Positions 41,794 through 55,468 of a stretch of 64,000 nucleotides of DNA are shown here, in pieces; position 1 is the stretch's first letter, and each line of letters starts with the position of its first letter. A program made the translations under genes and the position numbers. The DNA is taken from assembly GCA_964016885.1 (NCBI GenBank), contig OZ024743.1, positions 65,286,001 to 65,350,000 of the forward strand, read 5' to 3'. The DNA comes from Eledone cirrhosa. Taxonomy: Eukaryota. Below the pieces are notes generated by a model that had not been told where the DNA came from, did not search any database, and was given only the letters and a program-made list of their open reading frames with translations.

Positions 41794-41995
41794 ATAGGAG
41801 TAAGTAAGACCCCGACGGCTGAGCTCAAGCCGTTTCGACGGCTAATTCTGTACTGAATTACAGAATTAGCCGTCGAAACGGCTTGAGCTCAGCCGTCGGG
41901 GTCTTACTTACTCCTATTTCCCACTCTACTACCCTAAGTATTGAGTACTTTGGTGCGTTATGGTCCACCTGGTTCCTTACCACTTTTCCCTCGCT
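41794..41995 (+). mobile_element. Fold-back element ('GCCGTCGAAACGG' family) with a perfect ~59-bp inverted repeat
   Basis: 41794-41852 / 41859-41917 with a 6-nt loop, then a tail; flanked by (TA)n. Confidence 0.8.
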
Positions 41996-42524
41996 ATATA
42001 TATATATATATATACACGTACAGGCATGACTGTGGTTTAGAGATTCGCTTCATAACTATGTAGTTCTGTGTTTCATCCCACCAAGTACCACACACACACA
42101 CACACTTATACATACGTACACACACAACATATCCCCCCCCCCCCACACGCATCAGGTCTGCCAGCCCCTAAAAACCCAAACGGGGAGTACCATGAACAAA
42201 AGTGCTCCAAAATGGGGAGATTTTACATGATGAAGCTATAGCCATTATCACAAGAGAAGACATCTCCCACCCACCCTAAAGTGTCGGGGAGAGTTGACAG
42301 GTCTGACGCATGTATGTATATATGCTCGTGTTTGTGTTTAGAGCAGTAAAATATATATTTATCCGGCTTTTTACGACGTCTGTATTTATGCCCCATTGGG
42401 TTCGACAGAGTTTCATCAAGTCCCAGAATTATTGTAACAACATTATCAAGTAAACTCTTGAATATAGTGCTCCAGCACGGCCGTAGTCCAATGAATAAAA
42501 CCAGTAAAAGATCAAAAGAACCCA

Positions 42525-43056
42525 CAGACACACATACACACAGACATACACAGACATGCACACACACGGAGACATACACAGATATACACCCACAAACACA
42601 CGCAGACACACGCAAACACACACACATACATACAAACACATACACACACATGCAGACATACACACACATGCAGATATACACACACACGCAGATACACACA
42701 CATACATACAAACACATACACATACATGCAGACATACACACACACATACACACACCCATACATACACCAACACACAGACACGCATACAGACACACACACA
42801 CACATACACAAACACATACACCCATACACGGTCATATATATTATGCAATAAGTCATCTATTTTTTTTCCTAAATACATATTGGCACCAGCAATTTCATCA
42901 GTGAACTTTTCATAATTATTATCAAGGCATTTCCTGTGAATTCTTGTTCACACACACACAGACACACACACAGACACACTCACACACACAGACACACACA
43001 CACTCACACACACACATACACACACACTCACACACACACATATACACACACACACT

Positions 43057-43089
<33 letters not shown>

Positions 43090-43125
43090 ACACACTCATA
43101 CAAACACACACACTCATACAAACAC

Positions 43126-43180
<55 letters not shown>

Positions 43181-43630
43181 CAGACACACACACACACACT
43201 CACACACACACACACTCACACACACAGACACACACACACATACACTCATACAGACACACACACACATACAGACACACACGTAACACACACACTCACACAA
43301 ACACACACAGACACCCCCACACACACATATACACACCCACACCCACATACTCACACACACACACACACAGACACACACACACACACACACATACACACAC
43401 TCATACAGACACACACACACATGCATACACATACAGAGAGAGAGGGAGAGAGGGAGAGAGAGAGAGAGAGAGAGAAGATATACTCACACACTCATACGCA
43501 CACACACACAGGCACACACATACACACATACAGGCGCATACATACACACACAGGCACATAGAGTCACACGCATACAGATACAGAGAGAGAGAGAGAGAGA
43601 GAAGATATACTCACATACACACCCAGACAG

Positions 43631-43670
<40 letters not shown>

Positions 43671-44535
43671 GCGCACATATACATTGACATAGACACGCAT
43701 CCATACAAGGCCTAACACACATATACAACCACTCACTCCACACACACACATACACGTATACACACATAAACACACACGCACATATGCCTGCATTAACACT
43801 CACACCCACAGAGCATTATCCATATGAATAAACTCATAGACATACACACATACACACTCTTAGACAAAACATGTACACACATAAACACACACTCATACAG
43901 GCGTTAACACACACACACACACACACACAAATAGCTAGTGAACAGTTCCCCTCACACAAACATAAACACAAACATATACACACACACATACACACACATA
44001 CAGTTAGTGAACATTACCCATTACGGCATATATACATACTTACACTCAAAAACATATTCATAGACACACGCGCACACACACACGCACACACATATACGCA
44101 CACACTCACACACACACACACACACACACAAATAGCAAGTGAACAGTTCCCCCCACACAAACATATACATAAACATATACACACACACATACACACACAT
44201 ACACACACATAGTTAGTGAAGAGATTCTCCAACACACACACATACACACATATGCACACACACACATACACACACACATGCACACACAACACACAAATAG
44301 TTAGTGAAGAGATCCTCCCACACAAACATATACACACACACATACACATACACACACACACAACACACAAATAGTTAGTGAAGAGATCCCCTCACACAAA
44401 CATATACACATACACACACACACATACACACAACACACACACATAGTTAATGAATAGACCCCCTCCCCCCAAACATATAAACACACACATACACATACAC
44501 ACACAATACACAAATAGATCGCACACACACACATC
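42525..44535. repeat. Extended (CA)n-rich low-complexity region
   Basis: Direct inspection; includes a recurring ATAGTTAGTGAA unit at 43930-44450. Confidence 0.9.
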
Positions 44536-44694
44536 CATGGTCACGTGACACCCGAGAGAGTTGCAGGGGCGCCATATTGACATACGACGTTTCTTGGACA
44601 TTTTGAAACCTGGCGGAGCCCATCTTCTCCAGGTCTGAATACAGCAGATTTCTTCCAGAGAAGGATAGAGAGAGAGAGAGAGAGAGAGTGAGAT

Positions 44695-44876
44695 AATTGT
44701 TTATACTTTTTGGCACAAGGCCAGCAATTACCCAGTACATTACTGGTACTTTATTTTATCGACCCCGTAAGGATGAAAGGCAAAGTTAACCTCGGCGGGA
44801 TTTGAACACAGACCGTAAAGGGACGTAACTATGCTGGAAAGCATGGCGTCCGACTCTCTACTGATACTGCCAATCC
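44695..44876 (-). mobile_element. Family-1 SINE
   Basis: SINE motifs. Confidence 0.85.
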
Positions 44877-45147
44877 AGGAAGAATAGACCCTAGTATGGA
44901 ACTGGTACTTTTTTTTTATCGAACTCGAATGGATGAGAGGCAAAGTTGACCACTCGCATACACACATATACTCAAACATTGTTCGCACACACATCCACGC
45001 ACATATACACACAAATATAGTTTGCACATACATAGAGACACAACTATAGTTTGCACACGCATATACACACATGCATAAATATTGACACATACACAGTCCC
45101 ATAAATACGGATATGCATTCCATAGAAAAAATGTATATGCATTTATA

Positions 45148-46010
45148 TACATTGGCTCCCTACCTTTTTATCATCGTAGTGGACTATTGTATGCGCCTTG
45201 CACTGGAGAAACACCAGGACTCTGGCTTTACTGTGGCACCGGCTCAGAGCAGGAGAGTTAGGGCGAAAAAGGTATCGGATGCTGAATTTGCCGACGACAT
45301 AGTTTTGGTGACAAATACAGTGAAGGAGGCAGAGGATTTGATGCGGGAGGTTGAGACTGTGTCGATGAGTTAGGGGCTGAGAATGAATGAGACTAAAACA
45401 AAATATCTGGTAGAGAATGTTGAGAAGCCAGAGGGGATCACTAATGTAGGCGGGAAGCCGCTGGAATTGGTTGAGGACTTCCTGTATTTGGGAGCAAAGA
45501 TTGGGAATACGGAAGATGATGTGGTTGAGAGGAAGAGCAAAGCCTGGGGGGCGTGCCACAGCTTGAGATCGGTGTGGAAGTCGGACCTTCGTAGAGACCT
45601 GAAAATCCGCCTCTTCATTGCTGTAGTGGAGTCTGTGCTGCTGTATGGGTCTGAGACTTGGACACTGACCAAGAAACTCACTCAGATGGTGGATGGATGC
45701 TACACGAGAATGCTGAGGATGACTCTGAACATTAACCAGTATACACAGAGGATGAAAAACTCAGAGCTGTATGGGAGCATCCCAAGAGTCAGCTCAAAAG
45801 TGACACAGAGGAGACTGAGGTTAGCTGGACATGCTCACCGACATCCAGAGTTGACATTGCACTCAGTACTCCTTTGGGAGCCCCTACATGGACACACTAG
45901 AAGAGGAAGACCAAGGTTAACGTATGTTGATGCCCTAAGGGCAGACACTGGTCTGTTGGAGACGCAGGACATGGCAGCGATAATGAGGGACAGAGAGAGA
46001 CCGCTGGAGA
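45148..46010 (+). mobile_element. RTE-group LINE, 3' half of RT, one premature stop
   Basis: TLAPYLFIIVVD, EFADDIVL, VEDFLYLG, VESVLLYGSETWTLTK, RRLRLAGH, RRGRPRLTY; TAG at 45371-45373. Confidence 0.85.
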
Positions 46011-46047
46011 GAACTCGTCCATGGATCTCGGGAATTTTACCCGCCTT

Positions 46048-46114
<67 letters not shown>

Positions 46115-46844
46115 AACATAACCATTCTATTCTCCATATATTTTATCATGTTTTTCGCTGTGACCATTCTTCTCTCCTCTTCTACCTACCTATTTCGCCA
46201 CTTTCTACTCTCACCCCTCTTTATTCCCCTCCCCTTCTCGTTATCTACTCTTACCTCGCTTTCTTCCTCTCCCTTTCTCCCTCTCACTTTCACCCCCTCG
46301 TCTGACCGTTTAGTAGTTCTCACTCACAACTGCGGCGATCGAGCGTGTCTTGTTTTTCTCGACTACTCAGTCTCGAACTTCAGTTCTATTATCGAGTGGT
46401 CTTTGATTTCCTACCTATAGTTGCTCGCACATTGCTGGTTTGTGTTTTTTCGCTGTTTTGTTATGGTTTCTCTTTTCTTCTCCTTTGCTTTCCTTCCCCC
46501 CTTCCTTCGTTTTCCCAATAACTTATCCAGTTATTGACGCCCTGGGGTGAAGTGGTATCTTGTCTTTAAAGCGTAGAAATATCCTAGATCCCCAGTAGAC
46601 AACTGATGAGGAAAACTCCCCCCCCCCCCCGTTCTTGCTTTCTCGGTATTCCCACTGCATTTTAAGTTTCCTTAAATAGCAACTACACAGCCATTTCTAT
46701 TCTCTCTCTATATAAAGGCATATATATTAGTAATAATTGTTTCTACTTTTGGCACCAGACCAGCAATTATCCCAGTGCATTACTGGTACTTTATTTTATC
46801 GACCCCCGTAAGGATGAAAGACAAAGTTAACCTCGGCGGGATCC

Positions 46845-47265
46845 GAAGAGGGCTCGATAAGGATTATAACGTTTTTTGAAATATTTACTTCGGTCTCTAC
46901 AGATTGATTTTTCTCAGTTTCAGAAGATCCCGTAAAAGGTGAAAGCAGCGATTCTTTGCTTAAACTTTAATCTGTTCACTATAATACATACATACATACA
47001 TATATATACATATATATACATATATATACATACATGCATATATATATATATATATATATATATTTATTAAAATAACAGATTAAAGTTTAAGCAAAGAATC
47101 ACTGCTTTCACCCTTAACGGGAAGATCCCGTTAAGGGTGAAAGCAGCGATTCTTTGCTTAAACTTTAATCTGTTATTTTAATAAATATTTGCTCTACGGT
47201 TCTTATATATTTGATATATATTTATCCTTATCGAGCCCTCTTTGCATTTTAGTCTTATTATTATT
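46845..47265. mobile_element. Fold-back short element family with a hammerhead-like variant core
   Basis: Inverted repeat 47061-47188; CAGAAGA-TCCCG..GGT-GAAA at ~46921-46944. Relatives at 26320-26410, 50765-50835 and 60800-60840. Confidence 0.55.
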
Positions 47266-47269
47266 ACTA

Positions 47270-47301
<32 letters not shown>

Positions 47302-47867
47302 CTCTACCCGTTTAGAAGATTACATCAAGGAATGTGTGTCAAACAGAGTGGTTAATCTGTATGGTGAGCAAATGGGGTCCTACGTGCTGGCCTCGCCACA
47401 GCCCCGGCGGACAGGATGGAGAAGGTGTTTCCCCGGAGGATGGTAAGGGAGATGCGATGTATATATACATATACTTATACATGTATATCCGGATTAAACC
47501 AGTATTAAACAAGATAGACTATTATCCAACAGAGTACTCGACACTTGGGATAGTAGAGTGTGACTATATTAGAAAGTGTTAGTGCCCGACGGCCGTTCCA
47601 ACATCTAACTCTAGACGAGTCTGGATTTAGCTGTCAAAACGGCAAAGCTCAGCCGTCGGACCCCGACTCTTTCTAATATAAATCTCCCCCCCCCATATAT
47701 ATATATGGAGTTTCGGTGGTGCTAAGCTCTTCTGTGAGATGATTTTATTCAACATATTCCCCCTCTCAGATTCACACAGCGGACCTTCAGTTTTTCTAAG
47801 CTCTGCAAGAAGGACTTGGAAGGTTGAGCCTCCAACCCTCTGTGATGCCCTTCAAACTAAGAACTTT

Positions 47868-47985
<118 letters not shown>

Positions 47986-48479
47986 TGTATATGTGTGTGT
48001 CCGCATGTATCTGTGTGTTTCTAAATATATTGTTCATAACTCCCTCTGGTCGAGTAATCTTTGAAGTGTGGTCACTGCTTGAAAGCTGCCATTACTCATA
48101 CTTCTCGCCTCCTTTACCACCTCTTCTACGGCTTCGATATAAATACCCCCTCCGCCTCCGTGGTATTTTCTTCGGGGTTATAAGAGGCTTAGCTCTGTTT
48201 CTCGACCGTTATATCGCGTGACTATCTCCCCCTCCGCCTTTTGGGATTCTTTCTCACGTCGTGTAGACGCGTTCTTGAAGCTAGTAAAATGAGGTATCCT
48301 CTTGATAAGTCGGCAGACCTCGCAAGGGCTTTATATCTTTATGATGTACTGTTTTTGTTTATGCCACGAAACTACGTAGTCGAGGAATCTAGGAGCAGTT
48401 TAGGTATGATACATTTTATTACTAATTATATCTAAATGTTCCTTCTCTCTTCATAATGTATATATATATATATATATAT

Positions 48480-48624
48480 GTAAGTTTATCCACAGTAAGT
48501 AAGGTACTCAATACAAAGCATAGTATAAATATTTAATGTAGAAAGGCTTCTACAGGACTATAACTGCTTCCTGGTGATTTCTCCGGAATGAAACATTTCT
48601 TGTCCTGTAGAAGCCTTTCTACAT

Positions 48625-48696
<72 letters not shown>

Positions 48697-48887
48697 TAAG
48701 TTATTCCGGGTTGAATCGGAGGTAACCACAGTAAGGTACTCAATACATAGTAGAGTATAAAAGTTTTAATATAGAAGAGATTCTACAGGACTAGAACTGT
48801 TTCATTCTTGAGAAATCATCAGGAATCTGATGATTCTCACGAATGAAACAGTTCTAGTCCTGTAGAATTTCTTCTATATTAAAACTC

Positions 48888-48890
<3 letters not shown>
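48480..48890. mobile_element. Two fold-back copies of a hammerhead-containing short element in (TA)n
   Basis: Inverted repeats 48530-48630 and 48763-48886. CTGATGA TTC TCAC GAA T GAAAC at 48827 (+) and its mirror at 48816-48822 (-). A fragment also occurs at 1230-1280. Confidence 0.7.
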
Positions 48891-48922
<32 letters not shown>

Positions 48923-48966
48923 TATACGTAGAAGATTGCAATCATGCGCACACACATAAATACACA

Positions 48967-49020
<54 letters not shown>

Positions 49021-49099
49021 ACATACACACACAATTATTAGAAGTAGGATGTCTCATATTTTGTATTTAGAAATCCGAGAGTTTTATGGTAGGTATCAT

Positions 49100-49351
49100 A
49101 TGTATGTATGTATGTATGTATGTGTGTGTGTGTGTATGTGTGTGTGTATGTATGTGTGTGTGTATATGTGTGTGTATGTATGTGTGTGTGTATGTATGTA
49201 TGTATGTGTGTGTGTATGTATGTGTGTGTATGTATGTATGTATGTATGTATGTATGTGTGTGTGTATGTACGTGTGTATGTATGTATGTATGTATGTATG
49301 TATGTGTGTGTGTGTATGTATGTATGTATGTATGTATGTATGTATGTATGT

Positions 49352-49391
<40 letters not shown>

Positions 49392-49404
49392 ATGTATGTA
49401 TGTA

Positions 49405-49437
<33 letters not shown>

Positions 49438-49494
49438 ATGTATGTGTGTGTGTATGTACGTGTGTATGTATGTATGTATGTATGTATGTATGTA

Positions 49495-49529
<35 letters not shown>

Positions 49530-49542
49530 ATGTATGTATGTA

Positions 49543-49593
<51 letters not shown>

Positions 49594-49705
49594 CTATGTG
49601 TGCGTATGTGTATATTGCTGTGTGAATATGTGTATGTGTATATGTGTGTTTGTATGTATCTGTGTGTATGTGTATGTATGTATTATGTATGTATGTGTGT
49701 GTGTA

Positions 49706-49737
<32 letters not shown>

Positions 49738-49843
49738 AGTCTGTGTGTGTGTATGTCTATGTGAGTGTGTATGTCTATGTGTGTGTGTGTCTATGTGTGT
49801 GTGTGTCTCTCTCTCTATATATGTGTGTGTGTGTGTGTGTGTG

Positions 49844-49878
<35 letters not shown>

Positions 49879-49980
49879 GTGTGTGTCTATATGTGTGTGT
49901 GTGTGTGTATGTCTATGTGTGTGTGTATGTCTATGTGTGTGTGTGTTTATGTGTATGTCTATGAGTGTGTGTGTGTATAT
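49100..49980. repeat. (TATG)n/(TG)n compound microsatellite
   Basis: Direct inspection. Confidence 0.95.
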
Positions 49981-50316
49981 GTAATAAGAGAAAGTTAAGA
50001 GTTGTCTAATGGCCGCAAGTAAGTGTTCTCATTACAGTAAATGTTTTGTGTATCTTTTGGTGTGAAAGTCTCTCCTCTTAATTGCTGGCTTCATCTAGAC
50101 TTCGTCACTGCTAACCCCCCCCCCCACTCTCTCTCTCTCATAGACTAGATTAAACTTTCGTCACTGCTGCCCCCTCTCCCTCTGTCTCTCTGCCTCTCTC
50201 TCTTTCACTCTCTCTCTTTCTCTCTCACACACACACTCTCTCTCTAATGAGAGCTGGGATACATTTCAGCAACTCTTAACATTTCGAAGTTGAGAATACC
50301 ATTTATTGATGTTGTG

Positions 50317-50369
<53 letters not shown>

Positions 50370-50379
50370 CGCACGCACA

Positions 50380-50492
<113 letters not shown>

Positions 50493-50726
50493 GCGCGCGT
50501 GCATACACACATATACACACACATAGATATAAAGACACACAGACACAGACAGACAGACACTCACACACAGATACACTCACACAGACAGACACACACATAC
50601 ATGCACACACAGACACACAGACAAAGACGCACACTTTGAGACATACACAGATTCACTGACACCGACAAACACACTCTTTCAACCACACGCAAGCAGAAAC
50701 ATATATATATATATACATACACATGC

Positions 50727-50772
<46 letters not shown>

Positions 50773-50895
50773 TAAAATAACAGATTAAAGTTTAAGCAAA
50801 GAATCGCTGCTTTCACCCTTAACGGGATCTTCTGTGATATATATATATGTATATATATGATATATATATATATATATATATATACATACACATGC

Positions 50896-50941
<46 letters not shown>

Positions 50942-51063
50942 GATATATATTATATGTATATATATGATATATATATATATATATATGACGTGTGGTAAGG
51001 AACCAGATGGACCATAAATAGCCGTCGAAACGGCTTGAGCTCTGCCGTCGGGGTCAAACATTT

Positions 51064-51093
<30 letters not shown>

Positions 51094-51100
<7 letters not shown>

Positions 51101-51654
51101 AAGAAAGAAGAGTAACATGGTTGGCTGTACAATAAGGGCTTTATTCAAAGTGCTGACAATTGTTTCGTTGATCTGGTGCGTCTAGAGTTCGGTAATCGCT
51201 TGATGCTGCGTCAATCGATCTCCAATACGTTGTTTACAACCAGTCAATATATCAGAGCAAGTGGATATGATAATAATACGCAAGACATGGCTTTTATTGC
51301 GTATTATTATCATATCCACTTGCTCTGATGTATTGACTGGTTGTAAACAACGTATTGGGGATCGATTGACGCAGCATCAAGTGATTAGCGAACTCTAGAC
51401 GCACCAGATCAACGAAACAATTGTCAGCACTTTGAATAAAGCCCTTACTGTACAGCCAACCATGTTACTCTTCTTTCTTTAACTATTATTACTCCAAGTA
51501 CAACCTGCATAGAAATTACCGTGAACTCGCTGCATCACTATGGAAGCGTCTTGTTGAGTCAAACTAAGCCGCACGTTAAAACCATCCACAACACGGAGTA
51601 ATCTAACTAGACTACCTCTAAGTGGATCACCTATAACGATAACTTGTTATCCCA
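51094..51654 (+). mobile_element. Fold-back element with ~190-bp arms and a hammerhead-like motif with long stem II
   Basis: Arms 51094-51283 / 51297-51486; TGCT CTGATG(T)...GAAAC AATT GTC AGCA (51321-51429); AATAAA at ~51435; (TA)n on both sides. Confidence 0.7.
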
Positions 51655-51656
51655 TA

Positions 51657-51794
<138 letters not shown>

Positions 51795-51799
51795 TATAT

Positions 51800-52478
51800 A
51801 CTGTGCCATATATACAGAAGCCAGACAGTTGCAGCGAATGTGGCCCTCTCAAAGGAAACATCAATAACAAGTGGGGTGCCCCAGGGCACAGTCTTGGGAC
51901 CGTTACTGTTTTTGGTGGCTCTCTCAGACATGTCCTCTGTAGTACATACAACATCCCTCACTAGCTATGCTGATGACACACAGGTAGCACAAGAACCCGG
52001 CTGATGCTGTCCTTTTACAACAAGATCTGGATGCCATATACAAATGAGCTGAGGACAACAAGAAGCAGTTTAATGCTGGAAAATTTCAAGCCCTACAATA
52101 CCAACCTGCAAACACAAATACAGCACAACACTGGACCAGGAAGGATCGAAATTGCCGTGTCGAAATTGATACGAGACCTAGGAATAGACATGAGCGATGA
52201 TACATCTTTTTCTTCACAGATCATAAAAGTGGCGACAAGGTGCCAAGAAATTTGAGAGATCTGAAGGGTGTGAATGAGGATGTTTTCAAGAAACATCTTG
52301 ACACTCTGCTATCCAGGATCCCAGATGAGCTAACAGCACGGAACGAAGGTGACCTAACGAACTCCCTCTTACACCATGGCCAACCAACACAGGCTGGAGA
52401 TAGAACGTGTAGCAACAAGAGCTGTGCCCCAGCATGGCCTCAGCCGGATGGCTGGAGCAGGTAAAAGAGTAAAAGAGT
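51800..52478 (+). mobile_element. CR1/L2-like LINE fragment, internally deleted
   Basis: [43 protein letters not shown]; (GTAAAAGA)2 tail. Confidence 0.75.
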
Positions 52479-52499
52479 ATATATATATATATATATGTG

Positions 52500-52850
52500 T
52501 ATGTAAAAGGTAAACAGAAATAACAACACAATCGGTACAGTATATGGAAGGGATATATTAGGTTAACGCTTGATATAGCAGGAAGAGGGTCTTAACGTTT
52601 CGGACGCTAGTCTTTCATCAGAAGAAAGAATGAGAAATAAAATAGATTGAGGGGACGAGCGGGTTGGAATTGGAAAAAAATGTCTTTAGATAAAAATAAC
52701 AAGTCTATTCATGTTGACATCTCTTGCAAAACTGTTGGTGCTGTCGTTTTGTGTATGATTTGTTTTTTAGAAAAGTGGATGATGGAGCGCGTCTACCTGA
52801 AATGGAAAAGAAACCGTTTTGTAAAAAGCGGTATACTTGTGCACGTGCGT
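52500..52850 (-). mobile_element. Hammerhead-containing short element (same family as 35868-36345)
   Basis: Reverse complement CTGATGAAAGACTAGCGTCCGAAACGTT at 52594-52621; flanked by (TA)n. Confidence 0.75.
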
Positions 52851-52859
52851 AAGCATGTG

Positions 52860-52934
<75 letters not shown>

Positions 52935-52972
52935 TATATACATATTATATATATACATATATATATATATAC

Positions 52973-53019
<47 letters not shown>

Positions 53020-53020
53020 T

Positions 53021-53093
<73 letters not shown>

Positions 53094-53771
53094 TATACAT
53101 ATATATATATATATATATAAATACACATGCATACATATATACATATATACATATATACGTAAAAGGCATTTTATCCGATGCTCTACCAATTCTGTCATTA
53201 GTAAGGACATAATACTCCAATGCACCGGGTATTTAAGACTTCAGGAATAGACTTGAGGGCAATTTAGCTGCTATGTATAACAGATCAGTCACAACCCTTC
53301 TCTTAATAATCTTTATATAGTTCCGTCTTAGGTGCATTTCACTATATTAACGTCAAAAACGTACCCTGACTCGCTCTCAAATACCACAAAAAGAAACTGG
53401 AAAGAAAAGAACATTGACAACAACAGCATTTGAATAAAGAAGGTAAAGAAGGAATATAGAACAGGAACAAAAGAGCTTTTGCAGTTTATACAATTTATAC
53501 AATTTCTTTTCTTTATTTAGTAAGATAAAACTAGAAGAATTACATTGATCTTTACAAGGAAATAACAACGATTTTCCTAGAAAAGTACACACGCACACAC
53601 ATATATATATATAAACTTTTCGTTCTACATGGCTGAATACAATAAATGTAATCTGAGTTTTTCAAATATTAATAATAACATTCGATTCGTTTGCAATTAT
53701 GCAAACATGCCTCATTTTTAAAGTCATGTCAGTAGAATAAACCCTTCATTCTTGCTCTTGTGTTGGCATAC

Positions 53772-53833
53772 GAACAGAACTGTAGACACTAATGTTTCCG
53801 GGTATCACGCTTCATCAGTACAGCTCACTGTTC
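53772..53833 (-). ncRNA. Type I hammerhead ribozyme, GUC cleavage site
   Basis: GAGCUGUA CUGAUGA agcg ugaua cccg GAAACA UUAG UGUC / UACAGUUC: 8-bp stem I, 3-bp stem III with a 4-nt loop, intact core; stem II weakened in this copy. Confidence 0.8.
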
Positions 53834-54112
53834 ACTTGCCAACTGTCAGAGCTAGTGAAAATATATGCTTTCTAAAATATACAATGACTGATCGGCCTGA
53901 TTTGCATATTAGCAGACTGGCATATCTGCATATTAGCAGATCCACTGATCAGCCAGACTTGCATATCAGCAGACTGGCCAGTCAGTTTCCTGTATACGAG
54001 CGATAAATGGCCGGCATTGCCACATTCAAATAAGAAAAAAAAAATTCTACTGACATGGCTTTAAAAATGAGGCTTGTTTGCATAACTGCAAACGAATCGA
54101 ATGTTATTATTA

Positions 54113-54292
54113 ATATCGGTAGAGAGTAGGACGCCATGCTTTCCAGCATAGTTACGTCCCTTTACGATCTGAGTTCAAATCCCGCCGAGGTTAACTTTGT
54201 CTTTCATCCTTACGGGGTCGATAAAATAAAGTACCAGTAATGCACTGGATAATTGCTGGCCTTGTGCCTAAAGTAGAAACAATTATTAATAT
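54113..54292 (+). mobile_element. Family-1 SINE inserted in the retrozyme-like element, 11-bp TSD
   Basis: ATTATTAATAT at 54106-54116 and 54282-54292. Confidence 0.85.
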
Positions 54293-54509
54293 TCGAAAAA
54301 CTCAGATTACATTTATTGTATTCAGCCATGTAGAGCGAAATATTTTTTTTTTATTTGAATGTGGCAAAGCATGTATATATGTATATATGTATATATGTGC
54401 ATGTGCATACTTACATTTATATACACACACACACACACACACATAGAAGTGAATATAGCTCCTCAGGAGTTACGGGACCATGCATGCATACACACACACA
54501 CAGATATAC

Positions 54510-54598
<89 letters not shown>

Positions 54599-54929
54599 AG
54601 AATAAACAGGGGCTGTGTAGTTGCTGGATAAGGTGTACTTATAAATAAGAGGAAAGTACGAACGGGAGAAAAATGTTCCTTCATCAGTTGTCTTCTGGGG
54701 ATGAAGGATATTTCAACGCATTAAAGACAAGATATCTAACCCCAGTGCGTCAATAACTAAAGGAAGTTATTGGGGAAAAAAAGGGAGAGAGAGAAAAAAT
54801 ATATATAACAGAAGGGAAAAGGGAAGAAAAGGAAAAAAACAGTCATTGCCAAGCAGACATTGCAATACTGAATATAGGACAGGGGACAACAAACTACATC
54901 TATCTATCTACCCTCCTTCAAAAACGAGG

Positions 54930-55412
54930 GAGAGGCGGTTTTCCTATTTCATATGTGTTATCGCTATGGTGAAAGAGGTTATATGGTGGACGAGGTTAAA
55001 AGGGCTGGGGTCAGACACCTTTCTCTCCGGCGAGCAACTGATTCGTTTTTTCAAATATCATTTTGGAAGAAGAATCAGGATGGGGAGAGAGGTACTGTAC
55101 CCCAGCAAATTTTATAAAAGGTGGGTGAATGTGGCAAAGATGGCCGAGTGGTTGGGCCTTCTCTCTATATAAGCCTGTAGTTTGAGGAAAAAGAGGAAGA
55201 GAGGAAGGGAGTACTCACTCTTGGTACTCCTGGAGATGAGGGTTGTACATTTTTTCGGGGTGTGTACAACCCCTGTGTAACACCTCCCCCCTATTGGGGA
55301 TTTCAATTGTTATTTGTTGTTTTATTAATAGTTTTATTTTCATATACCTGTATGTAAACTCCCCATTTGTATTTGTCCCCTTCTTTTGTGCCCTTGTGGC
55401 TAATAAAGAAAT

Positions 55413-55467
<55 letters not shown>

Positions 55468-55468
55468 C
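54930..55468 (+). mobile_element. Probable L1/Tx1-like LINE 3' end with (TCTA)n tail
   Basis: ORF end IAMVKEVIWWTRLKGL...FFKYH...RW, 3' UTR, AATAAA at ~55402 followed by (ATCT)n. Confidence 0.45.

Larger units (their letters stand above)
53617..54370 (-). mobile_element. Candidate retrozyme, copy 2: full monomer plus an inverted partial monomer interrupted by a SINE
   Basis: Monomer 53617-54043; inverted segment 54044-54370 crosses the monomer junction. Confidence 0.75.
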
